This document shows positions 28,018-40,878 of a stretch of DNA of 64,000 nt, piece by piece. Under the pieces are notes generated by a model. It ran no database searches and had not been told where the DNA came from. It saw only the letters and a program-made list of their open reading frames with translations. The translations under genes and the position numbers were made by a program. Positions within the stretch are counted from its first letter, which is position 1; each line of letters opens with the position of its first letter. The DNA comes from Blasia pusilla (Eukaryota). The stretch is from positions 38,750,001-38,814,000 of the forward strand of contig CM114271.1 in NCBI GenBank assembly GCA_050084515.1, given 5' to 3'.

Positions 28018-28479
28018 TTTTTTTAATAAAAATGGTTTTAAAAATTATCTTACTTGCATGAATTAAAAGTCCGATGCTTTCTTCTCCGCATGAAAGACAA
28101 GTTGTCTTTTAACTAGTCCAATATTATATTGGAGTCAACTGTTCTCCAAACCAGGCAACATCCAAGCCCATGGGCCGATGATATAAAATACGCCATTCCT
28201 ACATGCAGTCTTGCTGAAAAACAACGTTTCTTTTAACTGTCCTTGAACTAATTCCTTATAATTTTTAGCCTAGATGAAAATAGAATAAAAAAATCTACTC
28301 CTATTTTGTTTGGCCTTGTACTAGAGGAAGTCGGCCATGATTCCCATTTCTCTCCCATACTGGCGGGGCCGTATGGGCTCATTAAAAGAACAGGCAGTGA
28401 GGCACGATGATCGACTACCGTTGACTGTGGTCAACATGGTAGGCAGGCCGCGGGCAGCCTTGCCCACGCTATGCATCAC

Positions 28480-29800
28480 CTTTTGCATAGACTTTCAATT
28501 ATTGTTTCAAATTCTCATGCACTCAACATTTGAGATGACGTCTTGAAAAACTATCAAGAAGATTGTAAGGGACGAGAATAAATGCATGTAGCCTGCTACA
28601 TATAATTTATGGTGGATAAGTTCCCAATGCTTAGAAATAACATCAATCATTTATGTCGCTCTGGATATTATTACAAAAAATTCACGGCGTCATCCATCCA
28701 CACAAGGCCATGGAGTTACATGATAAAAACAAGTCTCTTCCATTATCTCAAATATACGGCAATAAATATGCTATGTCATTGGCTTATGACCATTACACTC
28801 TCTCAATAGAATAATAGTTTGCAAAGCCGTAAGAAAGAATTCTTCACCTTCTATAAAAAAATCATGATTTCCCACAATAGTCTTGATCTCTTGTTCCTTC
28901 TCCCTTTGCCTCACATTCCTCCCATTGAAATACTCCCTAAAAGCATTTGTGGCAACCATGGCATAGAATATCTCCCTTAATTCTAAGGTACGTCTCAACA
29001 TTATAAAGTTTGTTGCAAAGCGTGTATTTGCAAGAAGCAACAATCATGTCTTCATTGGGTTGATTTCCATGAATTTGGCCATCATCCAAGTTCTTGTCTT
29101 CATAAATACTACCATCTCACGAGCTTATGTAAAAATCCTGTCCACCCAAGGCTACTTATCCCAATCTTTGCATACTATATCAAGAGAATGTGAGACGCGT
29201 TCATCCCAAAGAGTATGAGGATTCCCCCTTGATGTCTACCAACTTGATCATGATCTCACCTTGAGGACACAAGATCATGATGTTCACTAAAGACTCACTC
29301 CTCATATTGGTCTAAAAGTCCGTGATGATTGTGGCCCCGAAACACAAATTATCGGATATGCCATCCATGTTTTTCTTCACCTTCCCCATATGTTTATCAA
29401 GTAGAATGGTGCACAACCAAGTATAACTAGGACTTGAGTAACACTTCACATTTCTTGTTGCCAACACTACTAGCTTGAAAGCATCTTGCCGCACTATGTT
29501 GTTGAATCGTATTTCACAATTGTAGAAACACATCACCCATATGTCATTTGCAACTTTAATTCTTTTGATGTTGAAAGAATCCTTGATATCATCTTGCTTC
29601 TTTCTGGTGCTACTAGTCATCCAACTCAGCCCAACTACTACTCTGCATTCATCGAGATTGTAACTCGGTGATATATCTGAAATCCCATCAACATTGGACA
29701 CAACATAAATACTATTTCCTATGTATTGCAAAGCTACTTGTAATGGCATCGTCTCCTCCACCTCACTCAAGGGTCTCCCTTCCCTTCTTTATTAATTTCT
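28480..29800 (-). pseudogene. hAT-family transposase remnant (DUF659-like)
   Basis: CFYNCEIRFNNIVRQDAFK..SPSYTWLCTILLDK..GATIITD; LLLANTRFATNFIMLRRTLELRE. Fragmented. Confidence 0.75.
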
Positions 29801-29885
29801 ATAACAATCTTGGAACACTCACTATGAACAAGAAAGATAAATATGCTAACCTAGATAATCGAGATACCTTTAATTATCAAGGTTA

Positions 29886-32800
29886 TGTCGTGCGCATACA
29901 CATCGCTACACAACATACATCGTTATCACCGAACACACACACAAACACGCATGATCCCATGCTAACTCATGGCATCCAAACAACGAGACAAGAAGTACTA
30001 AAATATCTCCAATCGCCCCTCCTAGCTGGTGGTTAGGTCCCTCTAACTCCAGATAGCCCTCTATCCCTACCTACCACAGCATACATCTCTAGGACGCTAA
30101 GAGCAGAAAGGCCGGGCGCTCATGTGGCCCCATCGTTAGTCGCCTTCATGTCATCCATGTCAGTGAAAAAGTCGGAATCAAAACCTACCTAGTATCTCCT
30201 CTATGTACATCTGGGACACATCCATTGTCCCCGAGGAACCCTAGTGAGAGGTGGCGTCAAACATGCCATATGCCAACCTCTCGAACATCCATCACAGAAT
30301 AGCATCGTGGCCGCACCACGGGCAGAACCACACAACATACAACGCAAGCCTGAAGGAACTACTGCTAAGCTCGGATCTACTGTATCATCAATGTTAGGAA
30401 GGTGACATGGCGCACAATTACACACATGGTCCTTCCATACCATACCATCGCATCCCTCCAGCAAGAGAACACCGGATGGCAAAACGTCACGCACTCCCAA
30501 GATAGTGTGCCTGCAGTCACATCCAACGTCGTTGGTGCCGTCTGCTGCAAGTAGACATAATCTCCCTTATGAAACCTCCAGATAGTTGGTCGATAACCAC
30601 CATCCCGAATAGTCGCATACCTCAACGTATCACGATGCCGCGCAATCGCCAAGTTCTCGAACGCCATAGGCATCACTCTCCGAAACAACTCAGCCCTCTG
30701 AGAACATGGTCGTATCCACAAATCTGGGTCATCAAGGTCCAACACCTCACCAGCATCTCGACGAATGGCCACAAGTAAATTTGGCTCTCGGCCATAAAGT
30801 AGCAAGTACGGTGAAAAAGACGCTACAGATGCCTACCTGCTAAATCTGTATCCCATCGCCAACCAGGGAAACTGGAGGTTCCAATCTCCTAGCTAACCTC
30901 TCTGCAAGCCATACTTGTGTAAACCCCTCTTCACCGTCTTCACAACTCTCTCCGCTAATCCATCCGCCTCAAGATGATCTCGCGAAGTCGTGCGGTGGTC
31001 GATTTGGGCCTGATCACACTAGGCTTGAAACTCACCGTGAAACTTGGTACCCTGGTCTGACAACACCTCAGCCGGTGCGCCATAATGACTCAAGACTTTG
31101 TCAAGGAAGGCATAGGCTACTCACTCACTCACTTTGTCAGGCAATGCAACCAACTCGATCCACTTCGAGAAGTGCTCGACCATCACCAACACATAACGAC
31201 TGTGACGCTCCGTCAAAGGCAAAGGTCTTGCAAAATCCAAAATCCATCTATACCCTAAGCCCATGATCGGTAATGGATGCAACTGTGGAGTTGAAACATT
31301 GAACGATGGTTGAACCCGATCATACACCATGCACCTGGCAACAAACTATTGAACGTCAATCTGCATGCCTCGCCACCAATACTGAATTTGGAGCAAGCTG
31401 TACGTCCGCTTCATCCCAAAGTGACCCAACTCCTCGTGGGCATGCTACACTAGTCGTGCTCTCTGCGAAGGATGCGGCACTACGCGTACTCTTCCATCCT
31501 CTAAAATCCTCAAAACATGTGTCCCCTCCCAACGGAACCGTCTGGCCCGCTATAGGATCCGATCCCGCTCTCTAGCATCCACGGTGCTCAAAACGCTGCC
31601 AGTACAAAGATACTCCAAGACTACTCCATCATCATGAATATCTCGGCCACTTGTCGTCTCCTCAATGGCCTCGGGGTCCAAGGACTCTCCAGTAGACCTC
31701 ACTATCAAAGTCTCCACATTCTGGCTCTCCATAGCCAACATGCCTAAATAGGTTGACGCGTGCCATCTTGGCACTGACTCCTCATCACTCTCTCCATGCC
31801 ATCGAGCTCAAGTCGCATCTCGCTGACTCGGGCATGGGTTACGACTCAACCCATATGCATCCTCGTTGAGCGTCCCAGGTTTATGTACCACCTGAAAATC
31901 ATACTCTTGCAACAACATAGCCCATCTCGCAAGCTTCCTTGTAAGCTTGTCGGATGATCAGCGATGATGGTAAAGGGGTTGCCAAATAAGTAACACGTGA
32001 AATGCGCGACAGCCCACACCGCAGCCAAGCACTCACCCTCATACGAGTTGTACTTTGCCTCTGCAACGTTGTTCGAGCGGCTAGCGTAAGCCACCACGAA
32101 CTCTCTACCCTCATCATCATGTTGGGTGTGCACCGCTCCAAGCCCTAACATGCTCCAATCTGTGTGCAACTGGAAAGGATGCCCCCTGATCGGTCTCCTC
32201 AAGACGGGCGCGGACGTCAACCTCTCCTTGAGCAACTGAAATGCTTGCTCTTGCTTATCCCCCTAGTGCCACTCGTGATCCACCTTGGTCAGCAAGGTCA
32301 GCGGCTTCGCAATCGAACTGAATCCCTTGACGTACCGCCGATAGAAGTTTGCCAATCCCATGAATGCGCAAACACGGCTCACATCTGTAGGGCGTGGAAT
32401 GCGTGAGATAGCCTCTACCTTTGTCTTCTGAACACCAAGGCCCCCTGGATATATCATATGACCCAAGTACCCAAGTACTCAATCTGGTTGTAGAAGAACT
32501 TGCACTTGGCAAGTTCAGCCCATGTAATTGCAATCGTCAAAACACCTCCTCTAGATGTCGGTCATGCTTCTCAACTGTGGCGCTAAAGACTACGATGCCA
32601 TCAATATAACACCTAGCAAAATCCAGACCAGCCAAGATCCTATCCATGACCCTCTAAAACTCAGCCGGGGCGTTCTTTAACCCAAATGGTAAGAACCGCC
32701 ACTGGTACAAACAATCCTTCCCGTGAGGATCGATGCCCCAAAATGCCGTCTTCTGCCTGTCCTCCAATCTGATAGGCAGTTGATGGTATCCGGCTCGCAA

Positions 32801-33690
32801 ATCCAATGAACTGAAGACCTTTGCGTGACCAATCGCATCAAAGATCTCCTCACGGGTGGGCATGGCATACCTATCGGACTTCGTCTGCCGATTGATAGGT
32901 CTGCAATCCCCACACATCCGCCTATCCGTCCAGTTGCCATGCACATCCTTCTTGGCGGGCATGACAGTGGCACATGCATACTCCCCATGCGACATCTCCA
33001 CTAGTCCTGCTCCGACCAAGTCCTGGCTCCTATTGTGAATCAGAGCCCTCTCCATATCACTGATCCTGTAGGGTCGTCGAAAGATCGGCATATCACTCGA
33101 CAACTCAATGCGTATCCCCGGTCCCTTCAGCGTACCCAAATCCTCCATGCTAAACGCAAAGCAGCTCCTATAACTCCTGAGGAACTTATGTATCCGGCGC
33201 CGCTCTCATCGTGTCAACTTAAGTCCCATATCTGGCTCCCAAGTCTCCATCGTGACTACGATAGGACTCTCCGGCTCCAGTAACGGTGGTTGCTATGGTG
33301 CAACCCGGTCTCGAATAACAACACTCGTCCGCTCTCTTGCAACCAACTGCAAACTCTGATCTCCTCTATATGCGGTGCCCTGAACCACGCTCGATGTTGT
33401 GGCTATCACCTCCTAGCCTACGTGCAAAACATCCCAAGAAGTCCAAGGGCGTCTCTCCCGATCTCCCCTGGTGTGTAGATCTCCTCGGGTCTCGTCCCTA
33501 GCCACTGCCTCCGCCGTCTCGGTAGGCATGGGGCTCACCAATGCAACCGCTGTGATGTGTCGCGATCTCATACGACGCTACTCAGCCACTCCCAAGCTGA
33601 GGATCCATGTCAAGAAGTTCATGTCCATCGCCTGACCTAAGACATGGCGTCGTGATGCCTCGACACTCTTGTGGGAAATCCCATCGCTGC
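29886..33690 (-). mobile_element. Retroelement copy C, 5'-truncated (DNMT tail-RT-RH-IN-PHD)
   Basis: Same 3' terminus GCACGACA at 29886; RT 32654-33148, RNase H 31846-32235, integrase ~30500-31450; DNMT motif IX/X remnant (MGFP..VLGQAMDMNFL) ~33600-33690. Confidence 0.92.
30201..30340 (-). pseudogene. Intact C4HC3 PHD finger at the integrase C-terminus of copy C
   Basis: CMLCGSARGAATMLFCDGCSRGWHMACLTPPLTRVPRGQWMCPRC followed by stop. Confidence 0.92.
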
Positions 33691-36229
33691 CGTCACTCTT
33701 CCAAACCAAGTCAAGAAATCCCATCGAAAACTCACAAATGCCCGACTTGTGCGTTCACCGTGTGAACACGCCAGTGTGGGTTCAGTATTCACGACTTCTA
33801 AATCCCACCTCCTTCGTTCGACCGGGTTCCCATCGTCTTTTGTTACGACCCCCATAGAGTATCCACGTGCCCTGTACACGTATGTATTAATAATTATTTT
33901 CTACCACCTCGTTACCCGTCTCAAAGGAAAGGCCCGCAGGCTGGTTTATTCTATGTTTCTGAGTGTAGCAGCCCTGGCCCTCCGGGCTGCGCTTACTTCT
34001 TCACCGGCCGGTCAGAGAGGTGACAGGGCAGTCACGACATGTGTCTTGGCACTGACTGCGCTGCGGGATCACGACCCGGGAGGGAGGGAAGAACAAAATA
34101 TATATACGTAGAAAAAAGATAGAAACTCATCACGATATAAAAAAAGGACATGGAAACCCAAAAAATAGACCACAAGTGGCCGGAATCGGCCTCGAGGGAG
34201 GGAGGCGATAGCAGCCGTCGGAGTGTCGGCGCCACCTGCCCTCCTTTGCAGAGGATGACGGGTCACACGGAGAAACAGCACACGACCAGAATCTCCTTTA
34301 CTCACCGGACCCTTTAAGAACTTGTAGGACGGATTGGGAGGCGGGTGGCACCGTGGCACTTTACTCGCTCTTAATACGCGTAGGCTGTCCACGTATTTAC
34401 TCCTACAGGCAACATGGTACGGTCGGAAGTTCAAAATCTTACGGCACCGGGAGTCCAAGCGCATGCACCGGGAAGTCACCCGTAGAGGAAAAGCAACGAG
34501 AAATGTGTTCACTATTTTAGATAATATAGAAAAAATATTATTAATATTTTTGATTTTTTCACATTCGAATTTCTTTGTCATTCGTGAATAAATGACAAGG
34601 GAGATCCGGGATTATGAGTAATGGTAACCGGTTACAATCAGAAATATCTATTTCGTTTAAACTCGCATGAAATGAGGGCTTTTGTTAGTGTGGGGAATCT
34701 CAAAATCGGTTCGGATGATACCCATTATGCACGATTGAATAAAAATTTACGAGGAATTTTTCAGAAAATAAGTTATCTCCATAGAAGAGAGAGAAAAACT
34801 CCTAACTTTATAAAAAAAAAGACATGCAAAAACTAGAGGAAAATTTTATATGTAAGGAAAAGAGGATACCATTAAAAAAAATCTAAGAGAAAAGACAAAT
34901 AAGGGCCATGAAAGAAGGCCACAAATGAAAAGGCATAAAGACAACAGTGTACAAGGTCTTCACAATAATAATTGTAGACCATGTGCTATGCTCGGAGGTG
35001 ATAGTCATGCTACCAAAAAGACGTTATTTTGATAAAAACTAGTATGGTAATAGTTTGTTGCTCTAGTATCAATGAGTCAAACATTGCTCTTATAAATCAA
35101 GAAAATATACTCCATATCATGGATGTAAGAAAATGGAATTTATATATGAAATATTATCAAGGTTTTTTGGAGTCATATCCTAAGTTCACAATTATCAACC
35201 ACCCAATTTCAATCACCCTATCTAAAAATACCACTATTTTAATTTTATTAAAACTTTTGAAGAAAAGTAGGAATTATATAGAAGAAGAGAAATACGTATG
35301 AATAGAGATTTGGTTATTGGGGGCGATATGTTTGCATTTTCAAGGACAGGGATGGTGGTATGTTGATATGGTCAGATTTAAATTTCAAAAAAATTACATT
35401 TTGATGTAATAATTTTTGGAGAATCAGAATTTAAGATTATGAGACGAGTGATTCTTGTGGAATTCTTACCTCCAACAAGTCAATAATTTCATCGCATAGA
35501 TTTTGTAAGATAATCTACATACTAATAAGAGGATTGATTTTATTTTTTCCGAATGTGACACATTTCTTGATAATACATTTATGAGATTAATGCATCGGTC
35601 ATTTGGAAAAAAATGTGACTAAGGACTACATCTACTCTTTAAATGAATTTCGAGCGATCTTATTAGTTGAGAGAGGTGATTATCATAGTGGATGAGGGGC
35701 CAAGTATCTAGACGAGAGGAGTTTGAAAATCGAGGACACTCTTCAATGATAATATCAACTTTAATAAGAAAAATTAGATCTAATAATAAAAAGGGAATTA
35801 TGAAAGAGTCATAGTAAGGTCCCTCTCAGGGGCACCTTCCCAAGTTGGGGTAATTTCATTTCATTCACTTCGACCTCTAAAAAGAGCAAAGCAAGTTTAT
35901 GTTTACAAATGTTGTCCCACAATCTACACAAGAAATATTGGGTACCCAAGAGCAATGATAGGAGAGATTTGGGATTACGAGTAAAACAAACGGTTAAAAT
36001 TGAAAATTTCCAATTTATTTTAAAATCGACTACCAAAAGGGACTAGATTTGTGTATCTTCTTTATTCATGTGTAGTGACAATTCAAAAACTGGGATTACT
36101 GTTTCAGGTTTACAATGCACCTGGTCCCACTGAAGCCACACACGTTCCTCGTTCACGTTTGACCCATGTTTTTCTCCCTTATCCCACTCTATTCCCATCT
36201 ATTTTTTTCATCTATTCTTTTTCCATATC

Positions 36230-39200
36230 ATAAGTACCTCCATACTATCTCTACATTATTTTGGGAAGGGGTTGGGCCATAGGTCATAGGTGAAGATGGT
36301 AGATGAGAGTTCATACTAGGGAGAGCATTTTCGTGGACGGGAAGAGAGTCGATTACCATTAGGGCTAGTTCGAATGGGGGTTGTGGGGCGGATTTTGGTG
36401 GGGTTTGTCTCTTGAGTTTGACGGAGGGGGTCATGTTCTCTTCTTGGTGAGAGGTGTCTCGCCCCACATCGGCCCCTCCCGTAGGGGCTCGTGGGTCGTC
36501 TAGCTGGGATACGAAATGCCCTTGTTGTCCTGAATTCTTCACTCGTTCAAGAATTCGGAACCATTTAGCGGCTAAACATCCTGACTTTGATAGATTCGGA
36601 TGGGTGGTTCCTCCAGTCGATCATGGATCATGGAGGCATGGGAGTGGTGGAGGTTCCACCTTGGCAGCATCACAGGTCTCTTTGAGACCCATTTTCCGTG
36701 CCCGAGGTTGTTTCATAGGATCCCCCATGCTATTTGGGATGAGCTTCGCCAATCTTTCCTCCTTCACTTATCTAGGATCGCACTTGATCCTATGGATGAG
36801 GTCTCGTGGTATCTACTACTTCTCCTTCCACGATGGTATCTTCGCTATACCCGAGAAGGGAAGGCTGGCCATAGAGAGGTTGTGGCCCGATTGCGGCGCT
36901 TCCGAGGAGGTGATTGGAGTCTCTGCAGAGCGAGTTCGTGGCATATGCCAGGGGTAGCACTCCACGTGGTTTCCCAACAGACGATCTTATAGCTGCCAGA
37001 TTGCGACGATGTAGGAGACTTGGGCAAGCCGGGGAGTACTCGCAAGCGGCTCGTGCGCTCCGCCCTATGGATATGGCTCCTCCTTCCGCTGTTACCATCG
37101 ACACCCTCTGGAGCCTACACCCTCGTCCAGTGGTTGACATCCCAGCATTTGTACGTGACTTCCATCTAGACACGACCTTATGCCTAGACCCGTCCCTCTT
37201 TGCACGGGCACTCGGGCATTCCCCTAGGATAGCAGCTGGAGGGTTGTCCGGTATGATGTATGAACACCTTCGTGATTGCTTTCCCTCCAAGGACTCTGCT
37301 AGCCGCTTTTCAGAGTTGCTTCAGGTTGCCTCTCACCTAGCTCAGGGGAGAGTGCCAACAACAGTAGCCCAGGTATTGGGGGCGGGGTGACTTTTGGCGT
37401 TATCGAAGGAGGGTGGAGGGATCCGTCCGATTGCCATAGGGGAGGTGCTCTTGCGGTTGTTGAGTCACACTATTGCTTTGCAATTCCGTGAGGATTTCCA
37501 ATCACATTTGAGTCCGCACCAATTCGGAGTTGCCACGCCAGCCGATTGTGAGGCTGTAGCCTTAGGTTTGAGGGCTTGTTTAGATATACATCCCGAGTGG
37601 ATGGTTCTCCAAGTTGATGTGGAGAACGCCTTTAACTCAGTGTCTCGGGCAACTATCTTCATGGAGCTGAGAGACGCAGGGGGTCCCATAGCGATCCTGA
37701 TTCCCTTCGTGCATGCTTTTTATGGGGGCCCCTCGGCTCTCTATTTTCACCACGGTAGGTTTGAGGAGGAGGTCACGGCCTTGGAGTCCGCTACCAGGAG
37801 GCGTCAGGGTGATCCCTTCGGTGGGGCATTGTTTGCTTTGCTTCATTATCGAGCGGTTCTTTCTACGGTGGAGGCTTTCCCGGGTTGCATTTTCCCTTCG
37901 TTGGTAGATGATACTCACATTGTTGGCCTTGGAGACTTGGTTGTTCCTGCACTTCAGCACTTTTCAGCACAGTTGGCACACGTCGGCCTCGCGGTGAAGG
38001 TGAGAAAGTGCAAGGCTTGGTCTTCATTAGGCTTGTCAGTGGATACTCATTTACCTGACGGTTTTTTGACACCTGCTGCAGGGCTTCGCGACTTGGGAGT
38101 CCCACTCGGGAGCCAGGACTTTGTATCGAGTTTTGTGGCGATGGCTCTTACCGAGGATCTTCTTCATGTTGACTATCTCACGAGGATTCGTGATCCTCAA
38201 GTAGCTTATGGAATCCTCTCGTCATGTTTTGCACGTAGGCCTGATTATCTATGTATAACCGTGTGGGCGACTAGCCATATTTCTTCCTTGTATAGATCCT
38301 TTGATAGAAAGATTATGCATGCATTTGGGGATCTTCTAGGACCCGGCTCATTAGAGTGCTCCGCGGGGGAGTTAGCTCGTAGACAGGCTTCTTGGCCGAT
38401 TGCCTTTGGTGGAGTAGGTCTCATAGCGACTGAGTTAGTGGCGTCTTCAGCCTTTTTAGGGAGTTGGGCCACTGTAGCACCCCTCCTTTGCTCCTGATTT
38501 TTGGTTAGGGATAGACCGCTACTTTTACAGTATGTTTCCCAGGTTGAGGATGGTCTTTTCCCACTTCAATCTTCACTCACAGCTTGTAGAGACTCCCTTC
38601 TTATTGAGGCTAGAGTAGTTCTTCCCGCTTTCTCTTCCCTAGTTACCACTAGACAGTTTGGGCTCCAATCTTCTTTGATGGAAGCCCACTTTGATGGATG
38701 GTTTAGAGCTACTATGTCGGACAAGAATATCCCCATGGAGGTTCGGGCCCGTATTCGCTCTTGCTCCGGAAAGGGGAGAGGCTCATGGGTGGGGGGTCGT
38801 CCCCTCATCCTGGGGGTCGTCCCCTCATTGCACCACTTACCTACACTACAGCGATGAGGTTCCAACTGGGCCTGCCCCAACCAACGGTGGTTGGTTCCAC
38901 ACATTGCGAGTGTTGCCGGAGTCTGGATCCACTTGGTGTGCATTTGGCACGGTGTCCGGTTGGGGGTGAGAGGATAGCCACTCACGATGCAGTGCGGGAT
39001 ATTATGTTTTCTATTGCTGGGAGAGTGGATTCCATGTACAAAGAGAGAGGCACTACTCCATGCGGGATTCCCTTATCCGTGCCGATCTCTACATGACGAG
39101 GGAGTGTGAGGTGGTGGTAGCGGATGTTGTAGTGACGGATCCTACGCGGGAGGCGGTGCGAGCCCAAGTGATAGCACAAGGGAGATTGCTACAAGGAGCG

Positions 39201-39650
39201 GCGGCGGCGGCGGTCAAGAAGACCCACATTTATAGTCGACTTTATGACGGACATCGATTTATCCCCCTAGCCATTGAGATGTACGGGGCGATGGGGGAGA
39301 GGTTTGACTCGTTCCTTACGGATTGCGCCCATCATCTCCAGTCGAGAAATGGGTTATCCTTAGTCACTGCGATACTTTATTGTATGCAACGGGTCTCTAT
39401 AGCTTTGCAACGCGCGCAGGCAAATGGGCTTCTGCGGCGGGCTCAGGCGGTTGGAGACGCCAATGCTAGAGGCCCGCTTAGTAGTAGTCATAGTTCTCTA
39501 GGTGTTGTTGATATTGTCTCTACTGTTGGTGATTTTGGTCGTTAGGAGAAGGCCCCCTTCTTTCTCCGATTGAGGTATATTTCTTTCTCTCCATGCCCCC
39601 TCTTTTGTATCGTGATGGGTTTCCCATCCTTTTTCTACATATATATTTCA
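36230..39650 (+). mobile_element. CRE-like non-LTR retrotransposon (C2H2 ZnF-RT-CCHC-restriction-like endonuclease), lightly degenerate
   Basis: CPCC..HLAAKH; GIRPIAIGE, QFGV, DVENAFNSVSR, RQGDPFG, SLVDD, LGVPLG, GGVG; CEC..HLARC..THDAVRD; RADL..ADV..K..FIPLAIEMYG. Stop at 39543-39545. Ends are approximate. Confidence 0.88.
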
Positions 39651-40409
39651 TTTGTTTCCCACCAGATAGAATCGTACGAGGAACTTCCGGATAGTTAGTT
39701 GTAAACGGACTGCCTAAAAGAACTGTCCGAGCCTTGGCCGTTGGTAACGCAATCGCTTGAACGCCTGCCTCAGCACGATACTTACTCCACGGGACAGACT
39801 AGTACCGCAACGTGTCTCCTGAGCCTCACTCCACCTGCCAATATCGTATCCAACCAATATCGTCTCGAACTTCCAAACAGCACGCCTTCAATTTATTCCA
39901 TGTCCTTCCTTCCTTCCTTCCTTCCTTTTGTGTGTGTGCGTGCGTTCATTCGTTCGTTCATCGCTCATTCGAAGGTGGTACGTTTACTACGTTGCCGTGC
40001 GAAGCTCGACCACAAAATTCCCCAGCGCGGAATTCATGGCTGCTCCGTTCTGCTGCAACAACCTCCAGCGAACGCAGAGTTCGCCACAATTGCACGCACT
40101 CGAGGACCTGGGGGCGAGCGAGCGAGCGAGCGAGGGGCACTCCGAGGACCTCACATAATGAACGGTCTCGGGGTACGACGGGGAGCTGATAATTGGAAGC
40201 GATCCAATCAATCCGCATCCATGATCCAGCTGTTCCGTCTTAATAGCGTTTGGTCGCTTCGCGTTCGCAGCTGATCGGAGTCGCGGAATGTCTCCCCCGG
40301 GTTTGCAACTTTGCAACATGCACGTGGCGTTTGTGCGTTGATCGACCTTCGCAGTCGATCTGGAGGGCGAGCCAAGATCCGCTGGGCGCAGCGCGTCCAG
40401 AGAACACTG

Positions 40410-40560
40410 GGAGGGTGGGACAGCGGGGGACGGAGAGCGTGGAGGTGGGAGACCGGAGGACGGAGAGTGTGGACGGTGGGACAGCGGGAGACGGAGAGCG
40501 TGGAGGTGGGACCGTGGGAGACCGGAGGACGGAGAGTCGGGAGGTGGGACGGCGGGGGAT
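40410..40560 (+). repeat. G-rich minisatellite (about 2.3 copies of a ~60-bp unit)
   Basis: Repeated gggacagcggg..gacggagagcgtggaggtggga..gaccggaggacggagagt. Confidence 0.8.
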
Positions 40561-40772
40561 GGACTCTGGAGGGGATGGAAATCGGAACGACGAGAGAACA
40601 TGGAGCCAGTCAGACAAGGGAGCTCAGGAGGCAGAAGCCGGGAGCCACGCGTCGTTGTGGTCAATCAAAGACTCGTACGGCCAAAATTCTACTCTTCTGT
40701 CGCCTCTTCAGCGAAGCAGCGGGACACATCCTCGGGGTTTCCTAACGGGCTCGATGGGGCGTGTCACTCGGG

Positions 40773-40878
40773 TGGCCCGTGAAGGGGTCCGTAGCGTTCA
40801 ATTACGACCATTCTTCCGCGACAATTCTCGGGGAAGAATATGCCTGTGGATGAAGTCTACGGACCCCTTCACGGGCCA
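40773..40878. repeat. Inverted repeat with perfect 22-bp arms
   Basis: TGGCCCGTGAAGGGGTCCGTAG (40773-40794) / CTACGGACCCCTTCACGGGCCA (40857-40878), with further internal pairing. Confidence 0.9.
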
